Assembly: GCA_030141605.1 (NCBI GenBank) | Contig: JAQGDQ010000823.1 | Coordinates: forward strand, 1-64,000 | DNA: 64,000 bases | Source: Tubiluchus corallicola | Lineage: Eukaryota > Animalia > Priapulida | Reading direction: 5' to 3' | In this document: piece after piece, positions 1-31,042 of the stretch | Layout: the number at the start of each line of letters is the position of its first letter | Position numbering within the stretch: position 1 is the stretch's first letter | The notes under the pieces: generated by a model | What the model was told of the DNA's origin: nothing | What the model saw: only the letters and a program-made list of their open reading frames with translations | Database searches by the model: none | Position numbers and translations under genes: made by a program

Positions 1-38
1 GAGTGAAAATGTGGATAAATGTACATAACAGAATTAAA

Positions 39-700
39 ATGTGTACTTGCAAACCAAAACCAACCATAAGTCGGCTTAGTTAAAACTACGTTATGATGCT
101 TCATAGAAGAATGCACCAAAAATTTGATAAAATGTCAATTTTTTTGTTTTCTACAAAAGCAAATTCTAAAAATATTGGACTTTTATATTCTAGCATCAAA
201 TTATCAAGAAAATGTTCAAAAAATACTGAAAATATAATTTTATAACCCCGTGCTCACTTCTCTGGCTGGAAACTAGTACTGCAATCGTAAAAAATCTTGT
301 ATGTTCAAACACCAATTGTAGCTCGTAGAAGCAGACATTTTGCTTCGGGGTTTTCTTTCTGAAGTCTAGATCTTCATCAGGAAGAGCCATCTATTGGACT
401 TAAACATAACTTCAACATAACTACGTCCGTAGCAAAGAACATTTGTGCGGTCGCTAAGTGTTTTGCGGAACCACGACAAAAAACAATGGCTAATTTTAAC
501 AGTGATTTTCTCAAGGTTGTTTTTCAGTGCATAGCCTGCACCTCAACTTCAACGTGGATTATCTCAGCTTGGAAATAACATAGAGCGATGAACTTGGTAT
601 CAAAATTATTCCCGTGAAATGGAGATTCAGGATATTTGAATATCTAGAAAAGATTAATTGCCGAGTTATGGACGATTTTGCTCTGCAAGCACACAGATAT
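39..700. mobile_element. MITE family D (TIR ~TACATATGTGTGCTTGCA...CCATAAGTCGGC)
   Basis: TIRs; related copies at 49981-50630, 55890-56534, 58720-58930 (internally deleted), partials 12475-12655 and 60430-60520. Confidence 0.75.
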
Positions 701-789
701 AACGGGTAACAAAAATTAAACTAAAGTAAACATGCATATACTTAAAATCAATCTAAACCCTTATTCATTAAACACAGTAATCAATAATA

Positions 790-1475
790 TTAATCGAAGA
801 TTTTCCCTCTCCAACTAATCCACCAATTCCTCCTTGTTGTGAATGTTTCATTGTCAAATGGCTTAAATTCATAAGATGTCTTCGTGTAGCCTACATTATT
901 TCCGGAAATTGTGCTTATTTTATCTAATACCGGTATGTGTGAACAGATGGCGCCTCAAGTGACTCGAACTAGTAAATGACTCGCTGATTTGATTAATGGC
1001 GCATCCCCTGCAGAGCTAAGAGATGCTTCACGGCTGCATCGTGGTCTGAAAAATCGCCGCTGTTGTCGCATTGTTTAACAGTGTCATTGTTTTCCACAGA
1101 TAACTGCCCATATTCGGCTGTGAATTAGTAACATTTAGACCCAGCCTAGTCCTTGTACAATTGCCAGCATCAGTAATTATTGATTTTCTTCTAATAAAGT
1201 TACCAAAATAAGATCTTTTTTCGGAATTGTGATTTGTATCAGCGCCCTCTTGACTCTGATTCAACTTTTACGACCTGCATCTACATCAGTCTGAGAGTGA
1301 ATGTTGGGACCTTGTTTTTCTGACACTTATCCGCTGGTTCCGGTACTTTTGTGTTGTCCATTTCGCTCCTGCGATGTGATGCTTCAACCAACAAATAATA
1401 ACATAAAAATGCATTTGTGAAAATAAAACAAAGTAATAACAAATGCCAACGTACTCCTTTCAAATAGAGTCATAG
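790..1475 (-). pseudogene. Degenerate coding-like region, possible paralog of sulfotransferase exon 1
   Basis: Hydrophobic start, EPADKC and RTRLGLNV echo EQADKC and RTRRCLNV of exon 1 at similar spacing; broken by frameshifts and stops. Confidence 0.35.
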
Positions 1476-1878
1476 TTGCACAGTAACGGCTCTGCTTTTA
1501 CTAATGGATGCTAATTTGCATTAATCTTAGAACCTATTACAAGCTCCGCAAAGTAAGAAGTATAGTTAACTACTTTAGTTTAACTGGAAGTCAGCCACTG
1601 TAATTAACTGATGCATTAAATTGTCAAAACAATGTAAAAGAACGTTATACTCGGAGATGTGTCGTTTTCTGATAATTAAAGTCAAACTAAATACTTACGA
1701 TAATACAAGCTTCTACAACTTAAAAGCCTACTCACGTTACGGATATTCCTTACTGTAAAGCTTGTTTCTTTTGATTTTTTAACACTTCGTTGTTGGTAGT
1801 ATTTGCATTGCGCGAGACGGAATGACGTTATGAGGACAGCCACGGGGTCACTAATGATTGGTAAACAAACGTTGTTAA

Positions 1879-2065
1879 TGTTGCGTTTTGTTTCTCTCGG
1901 AAGGCTCGTGGGGAAAACAAGAAAACACGACATATCAGTGCACATGGACTAAAACAGAACAATCTAGAGACTACTACGCGCATCGCGTATAGAAAGTTCT
2001 AGAATCTACGATTGCTTCTACAAGGTAAAAAGATTGTTCTACTGTACTATAGAATCCCCACAACA
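1879..2065 (-). mobile_element. Solo LTR, internally deleted
   Basis: TGTTG...CAACA termini, 5-bp TSD gttaa/gctaa; shares ~95 near-identical bp with 3536-3895. Confidence 0.65.
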
Positions 2066-2315
2066 GCTAACCAAAGACACTTTCTCTACCTCGTACATTA
2101 TCGTTTGGTTCAGCCAATAGACGCGAAACATGGCAATCTTTACGGCAATGCACGCGTTCGAAATTTGCCAGAAAAAGCAAGTTATTTGATTTATAAGTTT
2201 CTTTTGCTTAATAATAACTATGAATTCTTTGTGTTTAAAAACTTTAATATCTGTTGGGGTTAAGTTATATAGGCCTTTAAAGAAGAATAGATCATCATCA
2301 TCATCATCATCATTG

Positions 2316-2712
2316 TTAGGGGTGAGCATTGACGTTCGAATTCGTTTCGAATGAGTTCTTTTAATTCGAATTCGATTCGAACCTAAAATTACAGATTCGA
2401 ATAATTCAGCACTTCAATCACATAAGTTCTTATTCATTAAAACGATTGAAACGTCATGCAATTAGGATAATTTAGCTGTGATTTTTATGCAAAATTTTAA
2501 AGACATTATTAGTGGTTTTACTGCAGAACAAAATCGAGTAATATCCATAATCTTAGTAAGACCAATTTTTACTGGTGGCTCTAATACTTGTTCGAAAATC
2601 CTTTAGCCTCAATTAGAATTCCAATTACTGAAGTTTGGTTCTATTCGAAATTCGAAAGTCACAAATTCAATTCGATTCGAATTCGCTTTCTGGTACAGAA
2701 TGCTCAACATAG
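2316..2712. mobile_element. MITE family F (TTCGAA-rich, TAGGG-TGAGCAT termini)
   Basis: Homologs at 43253-43630 and 63234-63617. Confidence 0.6.
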
Positions 2713-2716
2713 TAAT

Positions 2717-3095
2717 TGTTACTATTATTATCGTCGTCATCGTCATCATCATCTTCATCTCATCCTTATCATCATAGTCACCACCATCATTCACATCATC
2801 GTCATCATCATCAGCATCATCATCATCATCGTCATTATCATCACAATCATTGTCATCATTATGACCATCATCATTATCATCATCTTTATCATCACTGTTG
2901 TTGTCGTTGCCGTCATCATCATCATCCTCATCCTTATCATCATAGTCACCACCATCATTCCCATCATCGTCATCATCATCATCGTAATCATCATCATAAC
3001 CATCATCATTATCATCATTGTTATCACCTTTGTTATCATCATTGTCATCGTCATTGTCATGTTCATCGTCATAATCATCATTGTCGTCGTCTTCG
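2717..3095. repeat. (ATC)n-type imperfect microsatellite
   Basis: Source of the poly-I/H/M ORFs. Confidence 0.95.
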
Positions 3096-3535
3096 TGCTA
3101 AGATTGAAATAACTCATTAATTGCCAACGGAACTTACATACTAAAAATTAATCAAAACATAAAAAATAATCAAATTAGTTATAAACAATTAGCGTAAAAG
3201 ATCTAAGTTTGGAAATGCTAAATTTCATTGACAGGTTACAAGGAATGAACTTGTGGACTGTCTTAATCACTGGGGATTGCAGTTGCCTAATTGTCGGCGC
3301 CTACCTTGTAGGCAGAAGTTTCTTAGTTCAAATTCAGTCTGTATTCCAACATTTTCACATTTCTACCTTTGGCCTGCGCAACCTTAGCTAATACGAGTCT
3401 GTGTGAGCCAAAGTGTGGTATAACATATGTGAGCGAGAAAAGGTAACATAATACACTCATATGTCAGTTTGCTGGACAAAAGCGGGGAGACGACGGTCCG
3501 AATTTGCCAACTGTCCGTATTTACTGATACTAAGC

Positions 3536-3895
3536 TGTTGTGTTTCTTTCTCTCGGACGGCTCGTAGAGAAAACAAGAAAACATGTTGTCTAATTAAACA
3601 GGTTTATTGTGTGACAATTCCCCATCACAAAGGAACGCAAATATGTACAGTCAAGTGATAGGAAAATAGCATACGATAATCTGAGAATCTGAGAATAAAC
3701 TCGAGCAGCCAGCTCCGCCTTATATATCAATACTATATATATATATGACAACACCAGAACAATCTAGAAACTACTACGCGCATCGCGTATAGAAAGTTCT
3801 AGAATCTACGATTGCTTCTACAAGGTAAAAAGATTGGTTCTACTATATAGAACATTCTACAATTTTCTATTCAATTCTAATGGATCTCCACAATA
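3536..3895 (-). mobile_element. Solo LTR (BEL/Pao- or Gypsy-like) inserted in another repeat
   Basis: TGTTG...CAATA termini, perfect 5-bp TSD TAAGC, TATATAAG then AATAAA on minus; host repeat is uninterrupted at 45030-45395. Confidence 0.75.
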
Positions 3896-4338
3896 TAAGC
3901 TAATACAGTAGGCGCCGTGTATTAGACTCACTTTAATGTAGAAGCAATCGCCTAGTTGTCTCAAAAACGTCTAGTACGGGCAACTACTACGCAAGTGTAT
4001 ATAAAAACTATCAGCAATTGACTCAACTAATTCCCCATAATTCGATTCTATATTTTTATACATTTTAGCAGTTCACATTCTGTCTGATATAAGTAAAAAC
4101 GAGGTCCGACAAACCGAGATATTGTTACACAAATTTATACCGCTCCGCTAATTACAATTATTAGCATTCTGTGGCGTCTAACAACAATTAAATAAACACA
4201 CCAGCATTCTAATTAAAATTTAAACAAATCACAATAAAACCCAGTGAATTTAAACCAGATCCTCTACACAACATGAAATTAACGAATTTATTTCGAAAAG
4301 GCTAAAATGAACAAGCAAATCTTGAGTTTCGTTAATTC

Positions 4339-5502
4339 AAGCAAAACCGGACACAATGTTAAATAGTAGGTCAAAACAATCCACTCTTTAAAATATTAAA
4401 ACGAAACATACTATTTTTACAGAAATGACTTACGTGAAAGAATTATTACTATACAAATACAATTTCACGTTTGCGCCACTAGTTCTTCACTGTTACATGC
4501 ATTTCGCCATTTGCTAGTTAGACAGTCACTAGCGGCTGCATTTCGGAAACGCATTACACAAAAAACAGGTGCTGTACCTCTCAGTTGAGATGTGTTAGTT
4601 TGCGACGAACTACACACGTTTGACAGCTCTTGCGACGAACTACACACGTTTGACAGCTCATGCGTGAGCACAGCGGTAAATTTGAAATTGGAATTTTTAT
4701 CTTAAAACTTGCCTAGTTTTCAGAAATTAGTGGGGGTGCTGCAAAATTAAACTTTTTTTAGCCATTGTTTTAATGCTGTGTAAAACGAAACAATCATACG
4801 TAATTATAATGTTGTAATTTCTAAAGCAAACAAACTAATTTAAACATAACCTTGTTAAATTCCTAAACAAAAAATAATTTTCTCACGAATGGCCTAAATT
4901 ATCACAGTTCAAGAATATGCCGATACACGTCTTTAATATACATGACAACTGACAACACGTACTGCTTTGAGCGACAGTACTCTTTCTACCTAAAGTACAG
5001 CGATTTATCTCAGACGTGTGCGCATGGCCGCATGTACACACCAGCCAAACACCACGTTGGTTGGGCTGTGAAGCAAACTGTCCTTCCATCACGTGCTCCG
5101 GTTCCGCACAAGTGTAAAAAAAGAACTAAAGAAAAAAAAATATTATATTAAATATTATCGATAATAATGAGTGAAAATAGGGGGTGCGCAGTACCACAGT
5201 AATTATACACGAGCCGCCACTGCTAATTTTAATACAACACATTTAATGTCTTGCAGTAGCGCTGTACTTCAATTTTCACTTTCGCAAACACGTGCAACAC
5301 AATGATGGAATATTTTTGCTGTTAAAAATTATGTTCGTTTGTGACGTCATCAATAGTGGTACTCGCCCGCCGTTAATTAAGTTTTTAATCTATTATTTAA
5401 TTAAAAGAAACGCTCTTGCAGTATTAACTGTGTTAAAATGTATACTTTTTATCGGACTTGAAAATGGGGTAGTATATGAAAAATCATCCTGTCTTCCTTT
5501 AA
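4339..5502 (-). mobile_element. TTAA-flanked non-autonomous DNA element (Kolobok-like family C) carrying a nested hAT MITE (4721-5222)
   Basis: Homolog of uninterrupted copy 35829-36454; nested insert has TSD ctagtttt/ctaatttt. Confidence 0.7.
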
Positions 5503-5726
5503 ACACCTCAAATTTAGGGCAACAACGCAAATCAACTAGGAGTTTGTTCCATTCACTGGGGTCAGCTGCTGAAAAAGATCTGTCTGCCAAAACGTATGAA
5601 AACGAGAGGAGGCGAGGCGGCGTGAAAAAAACAAGAGAAATGGAAATTTTAGTGTAGCTTTACTGTTGTTTTTTGTCATATAATTTCATTGTAAGCTGAA
5701 CATCACCATTTGAGAAGGGAATAACT

Positions 5727-23747
<18,021 letters not shown>

Positions 23748-24724
23748 CACGAATGCCCAAGCCAGAAACTCTGCAAACCACAGAACTTTAGTTCTTCACT
23801 GTAGCTGCCATTAATTGTGTATAGCGACAATGTCTTTGGACAATCGCGCTGCCAACCTTATTTTGCGAGAAAACTAATTTCTGTCATTTGTTAACACAAT
23901 AGCTGTAAGGGATTGTGGCACATTTCACCATTCTTTTGTCTTAAAAGGTTAGGTCAGCTGAGGTCATTGTTCTTAATAAGTTTAAAGTTAAACATAGTCT
24001 ATTTGGTTTTGATTAGATGGTTTTTAAAACTGATACATGAATCCTCGCCGTGCAAATATATGTACAAGCATAGATACAGTAAATATAAAGTTATATATAT
24101 ATATATATAATATATATACGAACTCTATAACTATATAACTAACATCACTTATAAAAATTAAATACTCAGTGTGTATGAAACTACCTTAAATTTGTATTTA
24201 TGTATGTATATGTACGAACAGTTTGGCTTGCCTGCCGTTAATTAAGTTTTTAATCAAATATTTAATTATCCGAAACGGTTTTGCAGCATTAATCGTGTTA
24301 AAATGTAAACTTTTTATCGAACTCGAAAATGGGGTAGCATATGAAAAATCATCCTGTCTTCCTTTAAGTCGTGATTGAACTGATTAATAAAAGACTACAC
24401 AATTCCAGCTATTATCTCTACAATAAGAGATAGTGCTTATATCGTTAAATCCTACTGCTTATATATTTTATCACAAATACTGGGCCCATTAATCCTTTTA
24501 CTATGGTCGTGTTCTTTTTATTACTAATCGTGTAAATGATCTTGACTGATAACACTTTTTTATTAATTACTTACGTAAAGTATATTCGAAATAAAATGAT
24601 GTTATTAATAAAATAATAATAAAACTGTATTTTTTTATGTTCGCAGTATATTACCAGTGATTTGTTTCCTGACATCCAAGACGATTTATAGACTAACCTT
24701 GGCATGTGAGCACCTCCTCAGGGC

Positions 24725-24886
24725 ATGGCATTTGTAGCCACTCGAACAACTACAGGAGAACGCCAATTTGCGCTCCTCTCTGCTGCTTTAGTGCTGTTCC
24801 GTCAAGTTTTATGTAATTATGTTACCTGTTTGGTTAGCATAGCCTATATATCGTTGGTTGGAAACTTGGGTTATGTGCTGACACAG
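24725..24886 (+). CDS. Possible upstream exon of the EF-hand gene (hydrophobic segment)
   Basis: ATG-led ORF ending at a strong CAG/gtaagt donor, but in phase 0 while 28851 needs phase 1; may be UTR or need an unseen exon. Confidence 0.3.
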
Positions 24887-26139
24887 GTAAGTTTCAGTTT
24901 TTTCGTTATCGCTTCGTAAACGTATGAACTGAAAATATTGTGTATATACATACTAAGGCAGCTGTCTGATTTGCTTAGTAATGTAGTTTAGTCTACTGCA
25001 AATGAATGTACAGTAAGATCTACAGTTTATGCTGTTAGTATTCTTGCTGATATGTATGTATGTGAATTAACATTGGCATTGCTTGACTGCATGGTGTTAG
25101 GAAGTGCGGGACCAATTGGAAAGTTGTTATTGGGGCCCTCTACTCTTCAAAAGCTGACGATTTGATGTTTTATGTTACATGTATTATGCCAGTTTCTGCC
25201 AAAAAGTGTTGAGAGCTTGAGATTCAAGCATTAGCCACGATGATGTATCAAAAAATGAAAAGCCGTATGAATGTTTTTTTATTACAAGTAAAGATAGAAA
25301 CAGATTTTTCGGGCATTTTTTATCAGAGAAATTTTCAAAATCGTTTCAAACTCGGTGGTAGCAACTGTTGACCGGTATGTTTTAATCTGTGTCGAGGGTT
25401 TGATTATCATCCACGAATTAGTGAAATTAAAAGCCAATGACTATCTAACTAATGTATATGGGGTTCGCCAATTGTCGTATTTTTAAAACGGTATAATGCC
25501 GACGATAAACTGAAATTACAAAATAAATAAATAAAACGGTCAGCATCCTCCGCTCGAGTATGTGTGAGATGCCCTTTCTTGGCAAAGGACCCAATTTGAA
25601 AAAATCTGTCTAATTGGCTTAAAACCCGCCCTGCTTGACTGACGAGTCTCAAAAAGTGCAAAAATCTGAAACGAGCTGATTCGATGTGAAAGAATGATAA
25701 ATTTACTTGTAATTTTTTACATTTTAATACCAAGTTATTGAACAATATACCATATACCAAATATATATAAATTATTGGACCATTACGACGTAATTGTAAT
25801 CGTCCATCAGATAAAGAGTCTATCGGTACGCCAGGAAGTCACCAAGTCAGCTAGTCAGTCAATTTTGAAAGCCAGCTGGTCCGTCATTTGCACAGTCGGT
25901 CAATCAGTCAGTCGATTAGTTTTGTTAATCAGTTAGTCAGTTACTCAACTGTCCTGGCGTTCTGTCAGGTAGCCAGCCATTAAAGTGACCAACTTGTCAG
26001 TAAGCTATCCATTATCCATTTCACTCAGGCAGTTAAGTAGTTTAGTTACTTCAAGTTCCACATTGTTTAGTTCTTACAGAATGTTCAATCGAACTGTAAA
26101 GAGTAAACCTTTCATTCACGACTGAAAAAGTTACAGTTG

Positions 26140-26806
26140 TTAAAAGACAAGAAAAGTAGGTTTTCGGAAAATCGTCTTAAAAAATTTTGTTACTTTACAG
26201 CATTTTTATGCATATATCGTACTCACGCTAAAAGGAATTTTTGTTTGTTTTCATTTTAAATGACCCGCGACACTGTTCCGACGGCGCCATTACATGACGT
26301 CACTTACGCAATCTTAAATCAGGTGAAGAAAAGACAATGTTAAATTACGTCCCATACAAAACTTTCCATGCAAATCTATATTACTTGCATTTCGCTTACC
26401 TGCTTTAAAAATTTATGTAACTAGAAATAATAATTTAAAATGTTTTCACCAAATTGGTAAAATGTCACTGATTCACTCTCCAGGGTGCGCCACTCACTAA
26501 CCAAAAAAACGCACTTTTAATTTTATTGACAAGATACAGTAATTTAGAATTTTAATTAGCAACATGTATGCTACGAATGCTCTGATTATTTTTTCAAACT
26601 TTACTCGGTGTTATCTAAACTTATTTCAAACGACCTACCATTAAAATTGCTGCGCCTAATGGTCATCGCGGTAGTTTAAATTTACAAGTTTTATATAGAG
26701 TTACTGCCGTTGCAAGCTCTATAAGCAAAAAGTCAGTATGTAAATGGTATAAAATTTCAAGACGACTTTTAGGATTTATGTAAGTGGAGGGTTTTCTTGT
26801 GCTTTA
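26140..26806 (+). mobile_element. Family A full copy
   Basis: TTAA ends; homolog of 13071-13726. Confidence 0.75.
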
Positions 26807-27378
26807 ATACGCTCAGATTCGAGATTTATGTGTTGTTTTTGTGTAGGATTAAATGGAGTCAAATTCTGCGTGGGTGGTAGTTGCACTGACAATAGGAATT
26901 CTTTTCGTTGGTGAGTTCGAATCAACTTCCAAATAATCTCAACGTTAATGAAGTATGAAACTGTAATAAGTTTTTTACTGGCAGTTTTAATCACTCGTAT
27001 AAAAATTAATGCAAATTCAGCAGAAATTCAAATTTTGCTTTGCAATACGCCATGTCTGAGGCTGCCACGAGGGCTGAATGTGATGACAGCTTTAAAATGT
27101 ATTAACAGATGAGCAGTACTAATCATTTATTTGTTTATGACTTTAATTAACGTCAAGATTATTTTGTTAACAATAGAATAAGCCAATATTTTATTGAAAT
27201 TTTCAAACAAACCAAAAGAAAGCAGATGGATTAAGATGGATTAAGCCTGGAATTGACTTGAGGATTTTTAGATTACAACTCAAACGCTTTGGCCACTAGA
27301 CAGTATGCTTAGTACCTTGTAAAGTCATAATTAAATCTTAAGGTATATCATTGTTTAATCTGATTACATTACCAAATG

Positions 27379-27868
27379 CAGTGGCGGCTCGTGTTTAGGT
27401 AATGTGGAACTGCAGCACCCCTTATTTTCACTCAGTATTATCGATAATATTCAATATAGTAAATCTTTTTTCTTTAATTTTTTTCTTTACACTTGTACGG
27501 AACCAGAGCACGTGAGGTTAGTACTGTTTGCTTTACAGCCCAGCAACATGGTGTTTGGCTGTTTTGCACATGGTAGAGAAAGTACTGCCGCTCACACAGT
27601 TTGTTGTCAGTTATCACGTGCCTACCGTGAATGAGTCAAGCTTGAAATAATTTAAGCTATTAGTGAGCAAGTGAGCAAAAAATATTTTTTCTTTAGGATT
27701 TTGTTAAGTTCATGTATAAACTGTCATATGTTTGTTTGTTTAAAATTACAATTACAAATGACAACATTAAAATTACATATGTTTGTTTCGTTTTACACAG
27801 TATCAAAACAACAGCTAAAAATTTTCTGAAGCAGCACCCCCACTAGTTATAGCAACGAGCCGCCACTT
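27379..27868. mobile_element. hAT MITE family B
   Basis: TIRs; homolog of 7811-8341. Confidence 0.8.
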
Positions 27869-28850
27869 GCCAATTGTCAGTTCGCTCTCTCCATACTGGG
27901 CTTAATTATCTGCAAATAAATTTAGTGGCTTGTTAAATTGTAGTAATTTTACGCGCATTATATCATCTAACTATATCATTCTACTATGCCATTTCCAGAA
28001 ATAAAAAACACACTCTTTGTGCTTTATTGGATTTGCTTTTGGTTAGCTTGAAACCTTGGTCCGTTGTGGTAGGTCGCTGAACATCTCCAGTCCGATTGAA
28101 AATATGCTTGCTTGCCTGCTTGAATATATTTGCTATATTTATGATTAAATTTTCCTTTTTTTAAACTGTCACATTTAAAATTTTATTACAGTTTTTTGCT
28201 TACTTTTCATTTATTAGCTGCATTTATTAATTGACTGCATTGCTTCCTTTTTGTGTATGTTTGTCACATTATGATTACTGATTGCTTTTGTTCATTTACT
28301 ACATTTCAGATTTACTGCACAAATTTTCTTCCTTTTGTTTATTTGTTGCATTCATGATTTAACTACATTTTAGTTGATTTGCTGCATTCATGACTTAACT
28401 ACATTTTCGTTCCTTCGCTGCATTAATGATTTACCTACATTTTGGTTCATTCGCTGCATTTATGATTTAACCGCATTGCTTGCTTTTTTGTTGTTGTATT
28501 CATGACTTAACTGAATCTTGTTCAGTTGTTGCTTTTAATATTTAACTGCATTATTTGCTTGCTTTTTTCCATTGGTATAATCACAATATAACTGCATTGC
28601 ATTTTGTTTATTTGCTACACTTAAGATCCAACTACATATTATCCACTTAACCATGTACTCTGCAGTCCTTTATAATATTCCTGCGTTATATAGGGGTGGC
28701 TGACTCGATGACTTCCTGGTCTTTCGCCACCCCATCTTTACACACTTTACATAACTTGTTGTAACTGCGCTATAAATATTATATTGGAGATAAATAAACT
28801 TTTTGAATTTGAATTTGAATAAAACTTGCAGAGACTACTTTTATTTTCAG

Positions 28851-30010
28851 ACACTCTTGCTGCTAGAAACAAGAACGATTTCACACCAATTTCTTTGCCC
28901 ACTGATTTCAAGAACTACGATGTGAATGGAGACGGTTGGATCGAAATCCAAGAACTTGCAAAAGTCTCGGAGACGACAATAGAGCAGTCGAGTAAACCAT
29001 TTGAGGCTGCTGACGTCAACAGTAAGTTTTTTCTACTTTCTGTCTTATCGTTTATACAGAGCCGCTTAAGTGACACAAGAAAAAAAATTACTAGTTCACC
29101 CGAGTTAATGAATAATATTGCCTAATGAGGAGATGTCATGAGATTAAAACTCCTTCAGGACCGCACCACTCAAAATAAGACCAATGACTTTTTGCTACTG
29201 TATGAGTACATACATAGCTACATGCACACAACTTAGGTATTGTTCTATTCGGGAGAATCTCGGCTATCCAATCATGCTATTTGTTTAAATATTTATGGGT
29301 GATTTAATTGGACAAAATGAAGAAAACCATGCGCGTTTCGGACACTCTATCTTAGTTTATTGAGTAGCTTAGTCTCTTGTACACTTGCCTGGTCGTACAA
29401 ACTATTTTATTGATCGCCTGCTTGCTACAGACCAAGAGAGAGGCGTCTTCTATACAACGTTCCAGAAAAAACCAACCCAGTATGCTAAGGAGAAATTAAG
29501 ATCGTTTCATTTTTTATCAGAGTGTTGAGTCTATTTCACACAAGTGATACTGTACTTTGTTACAGTACAAACACTGCAGTTACTGAAATGTTTTTTAAAT
29601 TTTTCATCAGAAATCGATTTTAATTCAGGTATACAAAGCATTTGAAATATAATTTTGCAAGAAAATCCATTGTGTGAGGAGTAGAAACAATAATAACCTA
29701 ATCGCTGCTTAGTGAGAGCAGTTTTTCATGAACCCATGCAAAATGCTGCAAACTCTTACGGTCCTGAAGGAGTTAAGGTTAGAACTGTAATTAACTTGCA
29801 ATTATTACGATTGTATTAAGACTGTCTGTGTTCAAGTGTGCTAAATCCTCAATTTAATAAATTTTCTGAATTTTAGTTGATGGATTAATATCTGAAGAGG
29901 AATTCAATGAAGCTCCATGGGACCTCAGTGGCCATTATGTAAAAGTAAAGAAACACAGAGGAAGAAAAAAGCCACAAGTGGAGCACCAACATCTGTACAA
30001 AGCTCTATAA
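28851..30010 (+). CDS. Small two-EF-hand calcium-binding protein, last two coding exons (28851-29021, 29877-30010); 5' exons unresolved
   Basis: SLPTDFKNYDVNGDGWIEIQEL...FEAADVNIDGLISEEEFNEAPW; GT-AG phase-1 intron splits EF loop 2; TAA at 30008; AATAAA at 30130. Confidence 0.85.
29148..29777. mobile_element. piggyBac-like MITE in the EF-hand gene intron
   Basis: TIR ACTCCTTCAGGACCG/CGGTCCTGAAGGAGT with TTAA context. Confidence 0.7.
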
Positions 30011-30129
30011 ACGAGATTTTTGATATTACTAACATGATAACTTGAGAATGTAAAATGCCACTGGATGGTTTGCTTCACTGATATCAGAAACTGTGTGTGA
30101 TTATAAGAAATCTTTGTAATTTATTTTTT

Positions 30130-30135
30130 AATAAA
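30130..30135 (+). promoter_or_regulatory. Polyadenylation signal of the EF-hand gene
   Basis: AATAAA 120 nt after the stop codon. Confidence 0.55.
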
Positions 30136-31042
30136 ACGAGGCTTGGACATTTGCATGCGACTGCAAATAGTGCAATAATAAGTTTCATTGTTGTGCCTGT
30201 TTAACTTGCTGGCCATTGAGAAATTTCACTTTTTACACAATATTGGTTAATTTTGTTACAATGAGTATTTTCAGGTAAAAACGGCCAACGGATCTATTAA
30301 GAGGGGTTCTTAAGCTTTGCAATGATCACATTTTTGTGTCAAAATCATTTTTGGGTTTTGTGCGTTTTCAGTAAATTTATTAAGTGTTTTAAGCTGTTTT
30401 GTTCAGTAAATGAATTTTTCGCGAGGAAGCGGCAGATTTTCTCAATTTGTTAAATTATTTGCCTACTTAAGCAAAAACAGTCAGCATCTTGAAATACCTA
30501 ATGAAATATCCAACCGGAATTGTGTTATGCTAATGTTGGACATGAACTGTTTGTGTGCTAATGATATTTCTAAAAAAAGTGTAAAATTTCACACAGCAGC
30601 AAGGCACAGCTTAGCTAGAACAATAGTTTGCCATTGTTTTTGTGACGCGCAGCTGCTATGTTCGTTGTCCCGCCGGGGGATGGGCATTGCTAAAGTTGGC
30701 GTTACTATGGTGAATGGGTCTGCCATCTAGGGGCGAGTTAAAAAACAATGCAAGTGTGTAATCGTACTACTTGCAGTCGTATGTAAATTATCGATATGAA
30801 GTACTTGAGATAAAACATTATAGAAGTATAGAAAGATCATGTTTGAAATATTACATATCAGTTCTGTCTTAACGCTGTTACACGGCATCATAATGTTCCT
30901 TTTGGTGTAAAAATGAAAGTTTTAAAATATTGCTTGTGTTACTACCTCACTCTTGTACTCTGCTGAAAGCTTCCACTAACTTTAGAACCTGGCTAAGCCC
31001 CTGAGCAATTATGATTGTTGTTTTATACTATTCCATATACTA

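Noticed and set aside
350-392. Hammerhead-like CTGATGA...GAAA on the minus strand in family D
   Set aside because: Stem II and GAAA register do not fit, stems I and III not found, and the motif is not kept in other copies.
2588-3120. His/Ile/Met-rich ORFs
   Set aside because: Translations of the (ATC)n microsatellite.
27999-28068. Candidate bridging exon for the EF-hand gene
   Set aside because: Stops or phase mismatch prevent joining 24886 to 28851.
30721-30736. CTCF-like motif between convergent genes
   Set aside because: Single imperfect match; similar strings occur elsewhere by chance.
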